From contig CAZWFX010000002.1 in the NCBI GenBank assembly GCA_964633425.1, positions 11,373 through 75,372 of the forward strand: DNA of 64,000 bases. The letters are read 5' to 3'. Origin of the DNA: an uncultured Candidatus Saccharibacteria bacterium (GTDB lineage: Bacteria > Patescibacteriota > Minisyncoccia > Phycocordibacterales > UBA2100). The position numbers were made by a program, and so were the translations under genes. Positions 27,254 through 36,362 of the stretch are shown piece after piece; position 1 is the first letter of the stretch; each line of letters opens with the position of its first letter. The notes under the pieces were generated by a model, which saw only the letters and a list, made by a program, of their open reading frames with translations, had not been told where the DNA came from and made no database searches.

Positions 27254-28291
27254 ATGCGTGGAATGAAAAAAAGAGCTGCCAACACTGCATCCAAAAAAGA
27301 AAGCCGCATTCTCGGCCCCCTGCTCAAAAAGCTCGGGCGGGAGATCGGGGCCACGGTCCTCATGGAACCCGAATGGGGTATCGTCGGACAGATAACATTT
27401 AAGAGCGGAAAGAAGAGTTACTTTCGATATAACACAGTCGACCTGAATCCTGTCGGATCGTCGGACATCGCCAAGGATAAGGATTACGCCGCCTTCTTTA
27501 TGAAAAAGATGGGCTACCGAGTTCCGGTGGGTGACGCGTTCGCCTCACCCGACTGGGCCAAAGCGATAGGTTCACGAAAGGGTGCCGTAGCGGCACGAGC
27601 ATATGCAAAAAAGATCGGCTTCCCTCTCATCGTAAAGCCCAACAGCGGCTCACAAGGCTTTGGCGTGACCATGGTTCATAACGATGCAGAGCTGGTGCGG
27701 GCTCTCAAATTCGTTTACAAAGGTGACAAGATAGCGCTCGTACAGAAACCGGTATCCGGACGCGACTACCGCGTCGTCGTGCTTGATGGAAGGGTTATTT
27801 CCGCATACGAGCGTATCCCCCTTCACGTAATCGGTGACGGCCGGACGTCGATCATCGGCCTATTAAAAAGGAAGCAACAACGGTTCATTCATGATGCGCG
27901 CGATACATGGATCAAGTCGAACGATCCGCGAATCGCGACAAAACTTAAAACACAAAAACTTCACCTCTCATCGATTCCTCCCGAGGGTAAAAAAATATTT
28001 TTGCTCGATAACGCGAATCTTTCGACCGGTGGCGACGCTGTCGATGTAACGGATGTCATTCATGGGGATTTTGCCGCGCTCGCTGTTCGCTTGACGAACG
28101 ATATGGGACTTCGCCTATGCGGCGTCGATATTATATGCCCCGACATCACGAAGCCAGCAAAGTCCTATTGCATCCTTGAGATCAATGCCGGACCGGGACT
28201 CGACCACTATGTAAAAAGTGGCGACGCACAAAAAAAGGTTGTGGAATCGATGTATCGACAGGTCCTCAAAGGACTGGAGAATGCGCGTTAA
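27254..28291 (+). CDS. stand-alone ATP-grasp ligase resembling the ATP-grasp (G) domain of cyanophycin synthetase
   Basis: PLIVKPNSGSQGFGV, DYRVVVLDGRVISAYER, NLSTGGDAVDVTD, CGVDII...ILEINAGPGL. A basic N-terminal tail. The start is 27254 or 27263. Confidence 0.7.
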   Translation: MRGMKKRAANTASKKESRILGPLLKKLGREIGATVLMEPEWGIVGQITFKSGKKSYFRYNTVDLNPVGSSDIAKDKDYAAFFMKKMGYRVPVGDAFASPDWAKAIGSRKGAVAARAYAKKIGFPLIVKPNSGSQGFGVTMVHNDAELVRALKFVYKGDKIALVQKPVSGRDYRVVVLDGRVISAYERIPLHVIGDGRTSIIGLLKRKQQRFIHDARDTWIKSNDPRIATKLKTQKLHLSSIPPEGKKIFLLDNANLSTGGDAVDVTDVIHGDFAALAVRLTNDMGLRLCGVDIICPDITKPAKSYCILEINAGPGLDHYVKSGDAQKKVVESMYRQVLKGLENAR

Positions 28292-28372
28292 CACCTCCGT
28301 TGACAGCCTCTGTCGGTTCGGGCACGGTGGGCACAGAGGGTCTCACCGAGACCCAAAATACAGGAGAACACC

Positions 28373-29713
28373 ATGGCCTCAGGGCTCATAACCGCAAAGT
28401 TCGGCGGCTCATCGTTGGCTTCCGCCGGCATGATCCATGTCGTTCGCGACATTGTCCGGAGTGACGAAGCGCGCCGCGCGATCGTGGTCTCCGCACCGGG
28501 GGCGCGCTACCCCGGAGACGTAAAGGTCACCGACCTCTTAGAAGGATGGGCGATCAACAAGGGAGCGCCGTTCGACGGACACTATTTGGACGTCGAGCAA
28601 CGCTTCGCTGATATCTATCAAGGGCTCGGTCTCGAGGATTTTGACATCATGATTCGTTTCTCGCAGATGATGGCGGACACCGAGCAGGTCGCCGGAATCT
28701 CGCACGACCGCCTCAGGCAATTCGCCATGAGTCGCGGTGAGTGGCTGCACGCACAATTGATCGCGCACGTGCTTGGATTCGAATTCATCGATGCCGCCGA
28801 ATTCATCTCGTTCAACGATGATGGCGTATACAATCACGAACGGACGAAGGTACGTGCAGACGCGATCGGACTTCGTGACCGTGCGCGAAACGGCATCGTT
28901 GTGCCCGGATTCTATGGTTCGACGGACGCGGGACTCATTACAACGTTCCCGCGGGATGGGTCTGATATTACGGGCTCGATCCTTGCGGCGCTTACCGGAT
29001 CTGATGTGTACGAGAACTTCTCGGACGTAAACGGCTTTCTCGCGACGTCGCCGAAGATAGTTGATAATCCGGCGCGAATTGATGAAATGACGTACGAAGA
29101 GGCACGCGAACTTTCGTTCATGGGCTCCTCGATCCTGCAGGCGCGAGCATTCAAGTATGCCAAAGTACTGGATATACCGATTCATGTACGTAAAACTGCT
29201 CGGACTCTTCCTGAAGGAACCTGGATCCGTCCGTGGATCGACAGGCCGCCGACTCGCCCGGTCACCGGTATAGCCGTGCGCAAAGGCGGAACCCTGATCA
29301 ACCTTGCCAAGGATGAAATGGATGACGAGATCGGGTTTCTAGCGCAAGCGGCGACGATCTTTGCCGAAAACCACATCAGCGTGCATAACTGCCCTGGCAC
29401 GGTCGATACGCTGTCGTTCATCGCGCTCGATCCACTACCGTCCGACAAGATTCCGATACTCGCGCACAAGTTTGAAGCACTTGGCGCTCAAGTGTCCGTC
29501 ACGCGAGGAATCTCGATACTGTGTGTCGTCGGCCGAGGCATGAGTGACACTATCGGTGTCGCAAAGAAAATCACAGGCGCCGTGGCTGACGCGGGCATCA
29601 ACGTGAAGGCCATAAATCAGGGTGCGAGCGAACGGAACGTGGAGATTGGCGTGATCGATGAAGACGCCGATCGGGCCGTACGTGCTATCTATACCGCATT
29701 CTTCGCCGAATGA
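28373..29713 (+). CDS. lysC: aspartate kinase
   Basis: 446 aa. N-terminal KFGGSSLAS amino-acid-kinase motif and C-terminal tandem ACT-like region. SD AGGAG upstream. Confidence 0.8.
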   Translation: MASGLITAKFGGSSLASAGMIHVVRDIVRSDEARRAIVVSAPGARYPGDVKVTDLLEGWAINKGAPFDGHYLDVEQRFADIYQGLGLEDFDIMIRFSQMMADTEQVAGISHDRLRQFAMSRGEWLHAQLIAHVLGFEFIDAAEFISFNDDGVYNHERTKVRADAIGLRDRARNGIVVPGFYGSTDAGLITTFPRDGSDITGSILAALTGSDVYENFSDVNGFLATSPKIVDNPARIDEMTYEEARELSFMGSSILQARAFKYAKVLDIPIHVRKTARTLPEGTWIRPWIDRPPTRPVTGIAVRKGGTLINLAKDEMDDEIGFLAQAATIFAENHISVHNCPGTVDTLSFIALDPLPSDKIPILAHKFEALGAQVSVTRGISILCVVGRGMSDTIGVAKKITGAVADAGINVKAINQGASERNVEIGVIDEDADRAVRAIYTAFFAE

Positions 29714-29736
29714 TCCTTCGGACATACAGTCCGCTC

Positions 29737-29766
29737 AAAGGGCCGCGATCTCGCGGCCCTTTTTTG
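29737..29766. terminator. bidirectional terminator between lysC and folA
   Basis: aaa-gggccgcg-atct-cgcggccc-tttttt. Confidence 0.7.
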
Positions 29767-29767
29767 T

Positions 29768-30337
29768 TTAACGCTCGAGGTCGACCCACGTGTATTTGAG
29801 TCCGTTGTGATGTCTCTCCTCGCGAAATGTCTCGATGGGAAACTGACCCTCGTACTCCGGGAAAAACGTATCTGCTTCGGCACTGTCGTCGATGAGCGTG
29901 AGGTGCAGGCGATCTGTGTATGGAAGCGCAAGTTTGTAGAGCTGCGAGCCACCGCCTATGTGGATCTCTTTCGGATTCAAGGTTTTTGCGCGAGCGATGG
30001 CCTCGTCAAATGAATGTGCCACAACGATGTCGTGAAATCCCCTGTCATCGGCCCCCTGCCGGTATCCGGGATCACGCGTGACAACAATGTTCGTACGCCC
30101 GGGGAGCGGCTTACCGAGTTGTTGCACGATACTTTCAAACGTCTTGCGGCCCATAATGATGGGGTGTCCGAGTGTAAGCGCCTTGAAACGCTTCAGGTCA
30201 TCCGGAATGTGCCACAAAAGCTTTTCGTCCCGTCCCAGTTCCCTGTTTTTACCGAGTGCAACGACGATCACGATCTTGGGATCCCGCATCATATTCACCA
30301 GATCGGCCGGCCCCTGAAAGGTTTCGTGGATGCTCAT
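29768..30337 (-). CDS. folA: dihydrofolate reductase
   Basis: IVIVVALGKNRELGRDEKLLWHIPDDLKRFKALTLGHPIIMGRKTFESI...TNIVVTRD...IGGGSQLY. The start is 30337 or 30292. The ORF-track start at 30601 is an artefactual extension. Confidence 0.85.
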   Translation of the reverse strand: MSIHETFQGPADLVNMMRDPKIVIVVALGKNRELGRDEKLLWHIPDDLKRFKALTLGHPIIMGRKTFESIVQQLGKPLPGRTNIVVTRDPGYRQGADDRGFHDIVVAHSFDEAIARAKTLNPKEIHIGGGSQLYKLALPYTDRLHLTLIDDSAEADTFFPEYEGQFPIETFREERHHNGLKYTWVDLER

Positions 30338-30434
30338 ACGGCCACGATAGCACGTGCGCCCCTGAGATATGCACGCATTACAACACAAACCCCCACAAGA
30401 CAGGCAGGATATCCGATATACAATGGAGCCACGT

Positions 30435-31118
30435 ATGGGCAAAACAAAAACCCCCGTCGCCCCCAAGAAAGCCGCTGTAAAGACCGCGCGCAAACCGGCG
30501 AGCGCTCCCGTATCGACTGTGTCGATCAAAAGTATTCTTTCGCACTCTTCGAATGTGCACGACCGGCTTATCCCGACGCTCGAGGAAGTCGGCGCGATCA
30601 TCGATGACCTGAAGCGAATGGGCTATCGCATCGTGCTCACGCAGGGCGTCTACGACATGATCCACGAAGGTCATGCGCGCTACCTTGAACGCGCTCGTGC
30701 GCTCGGCGATATCCTGATTCTTGGGGTTGATTCTGACGAGCTCACCAAAAAGCGCAAAGGTCCGTCCCGCCCGGTCGTTCCCCAGACGGAACGACTCCAG
30801 ATGCTCTCGCACCTCCGCTCGGTCGACATTTTGTCCGTTCGTGAGGTCCATCACGACATCGGCGATTTGATCCGCACCGTCAAACCCGACGTCCTCGTCA
30901 CCTCCACCTCGACCAACGATTTCAATCAGGACGCCCAATTTTCCGTCTATAAGAAATACGTGGGAGAGATTGTGGTATTGCCGCCGCAAGCCGCAACATC
31001 AACCACCGCGCGCGTGCGCGAGCTCACAATCTCCGGAGCGGATCAGCTTGCGCAGGAGATCATTCAGCGTATTCCTCAACTCGTCAAAAATGCCCTCGAC
31101 TCCCTCCAGCAACGATAA
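30435..31118 (+). CDS. cytidylyltransferase-family protein (RfaE domain II / adenylyltransferase-like) with a Lys/Ala/Pro-rich N-terminal tail
   Basis: GGAG lies 7 nt before ATG 30435. LTQGVYDMIHEGHARYLERA (HxGH), ILGVDSD, GPSRPVVP. Confidence 0.75.
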   Translation: MGKTKTPVAPKKAAVKTARKPASAPVSTVSIKSILSHSSNVHDRLIPTLEEVGAIIDDLKRMGYRIVLTQGVYDMIHEGHARYLERARALGDILILGVDSDELTKKRKGPSRPVVPQTERLQMLSHLRSVDILSVREVHHDIGDLIRTVKPDVLVTSTSTNDFNQDAQFSVYKKYVGEIVVLPPQAATSTTARVRELTISGADQLAQEIIQRIPQLVKNALDSLQQR

Positions 31119-31959
31119 GGCGGTTGTTGCCTACGTCCCCGCGATCCATGCGGGCTATGTGCGATTCTTTGAAAAGCATGCGGGAGCGCCCGTGTACGTG
31201 CTCGGTAAAACATTCATCGATGCATACCCCAGACTGAATCGGGATATCCGCGCGCTCGCACCCGAGCAAGCCGCAGCCGCATTGCGCACCATCGGCTTTT
31301 CCGCTCACGTGATCGAGATCGACGGGACTGCGGTACTCTCGTCGTACAAAACAATCGTCCTTCCCGATGAGGATGTGTCTCGTGACTTTTCCGAAAAATA
31401 CGTGATTAAAGACCGTGTCGTGTTGGAGAATATTTTCTTGCGTTGGGACGGTGTCTTTGCGAACAAAGAAGCTCCGGTCGTGGCTGACCGATTCATTTCG
31501 CGTGCTGATTTCGATCGCGACATGATGCGATCCGCAATTCAGGAGGGTCAATTGAGTGCAGACTGGTGGCGACAGATCGGGGCGGTTCTTGTAAAAGGAG
31601 GCACGATCGCATTCAAGACTCACACGCGCTATTTCCCCTCCGATCTCGCGCTCGATGTGCTCGGAACGCCGCGAACAACGGTCGATGCCGGCGAGCGTCC
31701 TGACCTCTACATATCAATGCACGCCGAGGCGGACATCGTGGCCCAGGCAGCAGAACAAGGAGTGTCGCTCAAGGACGCCTCACTGTATGTGAGCACGTTC
31801 CCCTGCATCAATTGTGCATTCCTTATCGCACGGAGCGGGATACGGAGCGTCTATTACTCGGAAGGGTATTCGCGCGTCGATGCCGAAGGTGTTCTGAAAG
31901 CCGCCGGCGTTGAAATTATCCTCGTGCAGAACGAATCGCCCTATATCCCAGCGAAGTAG
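31090..31959 (+). CDS. two-domain protein: unknown N-terminal domain plus dCMP/cytidine deaminase domain
   Basis: The C-terminus carries the Zn motifs HAEADI and PCINCAFLI. The N-terminal ~150 aa (VAYVPAIHAGYVRFF...) are not assignable. The gene overlaps the upstream gene by 29 nt. Confidence 0.75.
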   Translation: MPSTPSSNDKAVVAYVPAIHAGYVRFFEKHAGAPVYVLGKTFIDAYPRLNRDIRALAPEQAAAALRTIGFSAHVIEIDGTAVLSSYKTIVLPDEDVSRDFSEKYVIKDRVVLENIFLRWDGVFANKEAPVVADRFISRADFDRDMMRSAIQEGQLSADWWRQIGAVLVKGGTIAFKTHTRYFPSDLALDVLGTPRTTVDAGERPDLYISMHAEADIVAQAAEQGVSLKDASLYVSTFPCINCAFLIARSGIRSVYYSEGYSRVDAEGVLKAAGVEIILVQNESPYIPAK

Positions 31960-32389
31960 GCATCGGCTCGGTGTTTTTGCTGCGCTTCGCTCCCGAGATC
32001 AATTGCGCGTGCAAATGCTCGACTGACCCTCCGGTGTAGTCAGTGTCTCCGAAGCGCATAAACATGGCGCCGCCTTTGATACCGCGCCTCGCCGCTTCGT
32101 CTGCGAACAATTTCAAGAGTTCTGCGTGGGCGGCAGGCGCGAGATCAGCGAAGGATGTCGTGTGCTTACGGGAAACAGCAAGGAGATGATGCTTTGTTCC
32201 TTCGTATGGCTGAAAGTTCTCCGTCAGGATCCAGTACTTCCCTTTCTTGATAATCGGTTTGGTGTGATAGTTCAAAAAATGCTCCTCGCAAAAGGGGCAA
32301 ACGCCGTCTTTGTTGATGCGATTCATTACATCGCGCTGAAACTGCGTACGCGCATGCGCGAGATTTACTGTCCTCTTTTTTGCGGTCAT
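31916..32389 (-). CDS. HIT-family protein
   Basis: CPFC Zn-ribbon-like motif and histidine-triad-like SVEHLHAQL. Its ATG overlaps the thyA-like stop (ATGA). Confidence 0.75.
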   Translation of the reverse strand: MTAKKRTVNLAHARTQFQRDVMNRINKDGVCPFCEEHFLNYHTKPIIKKGKYWILTENFQPYEGTKHHLLAVSRKHTTSFADLAPAAHAELLKLFADEAARRGIKGGAMFMRFGDTDYTGGSVEHLHAQLISGAKRSKNTEPMPTSLGYRAIRSARG

Positions 32390-33276
32390 ACCGGTGTCGG
32401 GATGATCATTTTGTCGTGCGGCTCGTAGTCCGAGAGCGTGAAATGTGACGGGCGAAAATCGAACATATCCGTAACGGAAGGATCAAGCGTGACCGTCGGG
32501 AACGGATTGGGATCGCGCGCAAGCAGCTCCCTCACCGCATCGAACTGATTATGGTAGATGTGGGCATCAGAGAGCGTGTGCACATACTCCTTGAACTTGT
32601 ATCCCAAGACCTGTGCAAGCATCATGCCGAAGCCTGCGTAATGAACGAAGTTAAACGCGACACCCACCGGCACGTCTGCACTGCGCTGAAAATGATGCAC
32701 GCTCAGCTCTTTTGTTTCCGGGAACGCAAGGACATGAATCCATCCGTGGCAGGGAGCGACCACGGTGCGACGCGACAAATTGCTGTGCTGGATAACGTGT
32801 TGCGGCACCCAGGGTGAAATGAAATGGGTCCGCAGGTACGGTCGCTCTTTGATCTGTCGAATGACTTCGGCGACCTGGTTGAACGGCTTGCCTTGTTCGG
32901 TCGGGAACGCTCCCCATGCAGCGCCGTATGAACCGTCGCCCAAATCCCCTTCCGGCAAACCGAAGAACTCGCACTTTTCTTTCGTCACCCAGCGGTCCCA
33001 AAAAACCGCAGGCATGCCGTAGGCTTTCAGATCCTCGAGCGTACGCGCGCCATGCAGGAAACCGATGTGTTCGCCGAGTGCGCCGCGAAATGATTTGGAA
33101 AGATCGCGCTCGGTAAGCAGCGGAAACCCGTTATCCATATTGAACCGCAATTGATGTCCCACAAGCATGCGGGATCCGACGCCGTGAATCGGCATCACAT
33201 CCGTTCCCTCATCCATGATGCGCTGCAGCAGTTGACGATATTGGAGATCCGGGGTGCGCTCAATGTAGGCCTTCAT
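32386..33276 (-). CDS. thyA: thymidylate synthase (ThyA) family protein, divergent
   Basis: VVAPCHG (catalytic Cys), QRSADVPVGVAFNF, SDAHIYHNQ, FISPWVP. Several canonical phosphate-binding Arg positions are not conserved. Confidence 0.75.
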   Translation of the reverse strand: MKAYIERTPDLQYRQLLQRIMDEGTDVMPIHGVGSRMLVGHQLRFNMDNGFPLLTERDLSKSFRGALGEHIGFLHGARTLEDLKAYGMPAVFWDRWVTKEKCEFFGLPEGDLGDGSYGAAWGAFPTEQGKPFNQVAEVIRQIKERPYLRTHFISPWVPQHVIQHSNLSRRTVVAPCHGWIHVLAFPETKELSVHHFQRSADVPVGVAFNFVHYAGFGMMLAQVLGYKFKEYVHTLSDAHIYHNQFDAVRELLARDPNPFPTVTLDPSVTDMFDFRPSHFTLSDYEPHDKMIIPTPV

Positions 33277-33349
33277 CGCGGAAATACTATCACAAGCAAA
33301 TACCCTGCACGTATGCAGGGTATGGGGTCACAAGGACCGAAAAGTGCGT

Positions 33350-33808
33350 TCAGTCGCCGACGGGGATCTGCATCCCCGTCTTGCAGAAGATCGCCATCGC
33401 AGGGCCGGTCAGATCCGGCACCTGTATGTGGGCGTGCAGATGATGCAGCGAACTTGCGGAAAGCTTCGGGTCGCCGAACCGCATGGCGATACCTCCGCCC
33501 GCGATATCAAATTCATCGCAGATGGACGCTATGAACGTCCCGAGCTCGGCCCACATGCGTGGCGTCAGTTCGTCGATCTCGGTGCAGTGCACCTTGGTCG
33601 CAAGGATGATGTGGTGACGATGATTCGGATACGGGAACGGATTCGGCCACGCCATCCAGTATGTTCCCTCCCGTATGAGCATGTTTACCTTCGGGTCCGG
33701 CTTACAGAACGGGCACACTCCCTGCCCGATCGTACGTTCCATATGCGCCCTGTACGCAGGCGACAGCACATTGTCCATGGTCCCCAGTTCGTCCGCACGC
33801 TTCGTCAT
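33350..33808 (-). CDS. HIT-family protein (paralogue of 31916..32389)
   Basis: GGAGG lies 7 nt before ATG 33808. CPFC motif; histidine triad SLHHLHAHI. Confidence 0.75.
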   Translation of the reverse strand: MTKRADELGTMDNVLSPAYRAHMERTIGQGVCPFCKPDPKVNMLIREGTYWMAWPNPFPYPNHRHHIILATKVHCTEIDELTPRMWAELGTFIASICDEFDIAGGGIAMRFGDPKLSASSLHHLHAHIQVPDLTGPAMAIFCKTGMQIPVGD

Positions 33809-33882
33809 GGCTTCCCTCCTGCCCTGTCCGCGGAAACTATACATGAATATGGCCTCTCAAAAAGCGGTGATACAATCCCGCC

Positions 33883-34311
33883 ATGCAGATACGTATCAGG
33901 CGCTTCGATACAACCATCCCCTTGCCGGAATACAAAACCCGTGGCGCGGCAGCCATGGATCTCGCATCCCGCGTCGATCTCACACTCCAGCCCGGCGAGG
34001 TCGTCCGCGTACCGCTCAACGTGGCGATTGAACCGCCCCCGGGTCATTTTGTTCTGCTTGCGGCCCGAAGTTCGCTCTGGAAACGAGGACTCACGCCCGT
34101 GAACGGCATAGGCATCATCGACGAAGACTACGCAGGCGACGAGAACGAATATCATGCGGCGCTCAGGAACTTCACGAATGAGCCTGTCGAGATCAAAACG
34201 GGTGACCGACTCGTACAAATGATGGTTCTCCCCGTCGAACGGGCGGAGCTTATTGAGGTAGAAACCCTGGGTAATCCCAACCGGGGTGCGAGCGGTTCGA
34301 CTGGTATATAA
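33883..34311 (+). CDS. dut: dUTP diphosphatase
   Basis: 142 aa: AAAMDL, ARSSLWKRG, GIIDEDYAGD, C-terminal RGASGSTG motif. Confidence 0.85.
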   Translation: MQIRIRRFDTTIPLPEYKTRGAAAMDLASRVDLTLQPGEVVRVPLNVAIEPPPGHFVLLAARSSLWKRGLTPVNGIGIIDEDYAGDENEYHAALRNFTNEPVEIKTGDRLVQMMVLPVERAELIEVETLGNPNRGASGSTGI

Positions 34312-34367
34312 TGCCGCTTATGATTTAGCTTCGGTACATATTCCTTATTCGTTTCAGCTCATCTGCT

Positions 34368-35708
34368 ATGAAAAAAGACTACCCACGAATCAAGAAACTT
34401 GACCCGAATCTCTACAAAACGATCCTGAAAGAAGGAGTGCGACAGGCTGAAGGCCTCGAGCTTATTCCTTCCGAGAACTACACCTCCGCCGCAGTGATGG
34501 AAGCAATGGGCTCATGGCTCACCAACAAATACTCCGAAGGCTACGCAGGCAAGCGATATTACAACGGCAACGAGTACATCGACGAGATCGAGCAGACCGC
34601 GATCGATCGCGCCAAAAAGTTGTTCAACGTTGCGCACGTAAACGTGCAGCCGTATTCGGGCTCTCCGGCAAACCTTGCGGTCTACCTTGCGACCTGCAAG
34701 CCGGGCGATGCCGTGCTCGGACTCAACTTGCCTGACGGCGGACACCTCACACACGGATGGAAAGTGTCGGCAACGGGGATGTTCTACAAGACACTTCTCT
34801 ACCACGTGAAAGCCGACGGTCGTATCGACATGGACGAAGTACGAAAGCTCGCGCTCGAGCATAAACCGGCGCTTATCTGGGCAGGTGCAACCGCCTACGA
34901 ATTCCAGTACGACTATGCGGCATTTGCAAAGATCGCTGACGAAGTCGGCGCATACCTCGCGGTGGACATCGCGCATATTGCAGGACTGGTTGTCGCGGGT
35001 GCACATCCAGACCCGGTTCCGCACGCACACATCGTCACGACCACGACTCACAAGACACTGCGCGGGCCGCGCGGAGGCATGATTATGGTCACGAAGAAGG
35101 GTCTCGCGAAGGATCCGGATTTGGCGTCAAAGGTTGATAAGGGAGTCTTTCCCGGACTGCAGGGCGGGCCGCATGATCACCAAACCGCCGCGATCTCAAT
35201 CGCCCTGAAGGAGGCATCGACACCGGCGTTCAAAGCCTACGGGAAACAGATCGTAAAAAACGCAAAGGCACTCGCTAAGAGCCTCAAAGAAAACGGCGTC
35301 ACTGTCGTGACCGGCGGTACCGAAAACCATCTGCTTCGCATCGACATCTCAGGCATCTACGGCGCAGGCGGCGGCGTATTCGGCGCGGACGCGATGGAAG
35401 CTGCGGGTATGACGGCTAATAAGAACACCATCCCGAACGATCCCGGAACGCCGTTCTACCCGAGCGGCATTCGTATCGGCACTCCGGCGCTGACAACTCG
35501 CGGCATGAAAGAGGCTGAAATGAAAAAAGTGGGTGCGTGGATCGCGCGAGCGCTGTTTGCTGTCAAACACTACTCGCTCCCCAAGGACGGACGCCAAGAA
35601 TACATCGCGAAGTTCCACAAAGACATCGCAAAGAATAAAGAGCTCAAAGCCATCAAGGCAGAAATTGCAAAGTTCACAAAGCGATTTCCGCTCCCCCACG
35701 CCAAGTAG
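34368..35708 (+). CDS. glyA: serine hydroxymethyltransferase
   Basis: 446 aa: SENYTS, GYAGKRYY.G, VTTTTHKTLRGPRGG (PLP lysine). Confidence 0.95.
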   Translation: MKKDYPRIKKLDPNLYKTILKEGVRQAEGLELIPSENYTSAAVMEAMGSWLTNKYSEGYAGKRYYNGNEYIDEIEQTAIDRAKKLFNVAHVNVQPYSGSPANLAVYLATCKPGDAVLGLNLPDGGHLTHGWKVSATGMFYKTLLYHVKADGRIDMDEVRKLALEHKPALIWAGATAYEFQYDYAAFAKIADEVGAYLAVDIAHIAGLVVAGAHPDPVPHAHIVTTTTHKTLRGPRGGMIMVTKKGLAKDPDLASKVDKGVFPGLQGGPHDHQTAAISIALKEASTPAFKAYGKQIVKNAKALAKSLKENGVTVVTGGTENHLLRIDISGIYGAGGGVFGADAMEAAGMTANKNTIPNDPGTPFYPSGIRIGTPALTTRGMKEAEMKKVGAWIARALFAVKHYSLPKDGRQEYIAKFHKDIAKNKELKAIKAEIAKFTKRFPLPHAK

Positions 35709-35740
35709 CTCCCTGGGCCGAGACTGCTATACTGGCCCGA

Positions 35741-36361
35741 ATGCTTACGCTCGCCATCCTGCCGTTTATCGAAGTTATCGGGTACCCGGGTCTGTTCCTT
35801 ATTGTCTTTGCCGAAAGCGGGACCGTAGTCGGGTTTTGGCTCCCCGGTGCCTCGCTCTTGTTCACGGCAGGCCTTCTCGCTTCAAAAGGACTCTTTAATC
35901 CGTGGATCCTCATCCCGACCGTTACCGTCGCAGCGATCCTTGGTGACAATGCCGGCTACTGGTTCGGTAATAAGATCGGCATCAAATTGTTTACGCGTCC
36001 GAACTCACGGTTCTTCCATCAGGATCACTTGCGCCAGACGCAGCATTTTTATGAAAAGCACGGACCGAAAGCGATCGTGCTCGCACGCTTTGTGCCGATC
36101 GTCAGATCGTTCGCTCCGATTGTCGCGGGAATCGCGAGCATGAATTACAAAAAATTCATGATCTACAATCTCCTCGGCGCATTTCTGTGGGCAACCGGCG
36201 TAACGGCGGCAGGATATTTCCTCGGGGAGACCGTTCCGGGCATTCAGGACTACGTGACCTATATCGTCTTCGGCATCATTTTCGTTACATTGATTCCCCT
36301 GTTCTGGGAGACATACAAACAGTATCGCGATCGCGATCCTGAGCTGCCCTCGACCCTCTAG
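35741..36361 (+). CDS. DedA/SNARE-associated family membrane protein
   Basis: FAESGTVVGFWLPGASLLFTAG, LGDNAGYWFG, RFVPIVRSFAPIVAG. Confidence 0.85.
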   Translation: MLTLAILPFIEVIGYPGLFLIVFAESGTVVGFWLPGASLLFTAGLLASKGLFNPWILIPTVTVAAILGDNAGYWFGNKIGIKLFTRPNSRFFHQDHLRQTQHFYEKHGPKAIVLARFVPIVRSFAPIVAGIASMNYKKFMIYNLLGAFLWATGVTAAGYFLGETVPGIQDYVTYIVFGIIFVTLIPLFWETYKQYRDRDPELPSTL

Positions 36362-36362
36362 T

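Noticed and set aside
28292-28372. Possible lysine riboswitch upstream of aspartate kinase
   Set aside because: The spacer is only ~80 nt with one small hairpin (gggtctc/gagaccc), which is far too short for an L-box.
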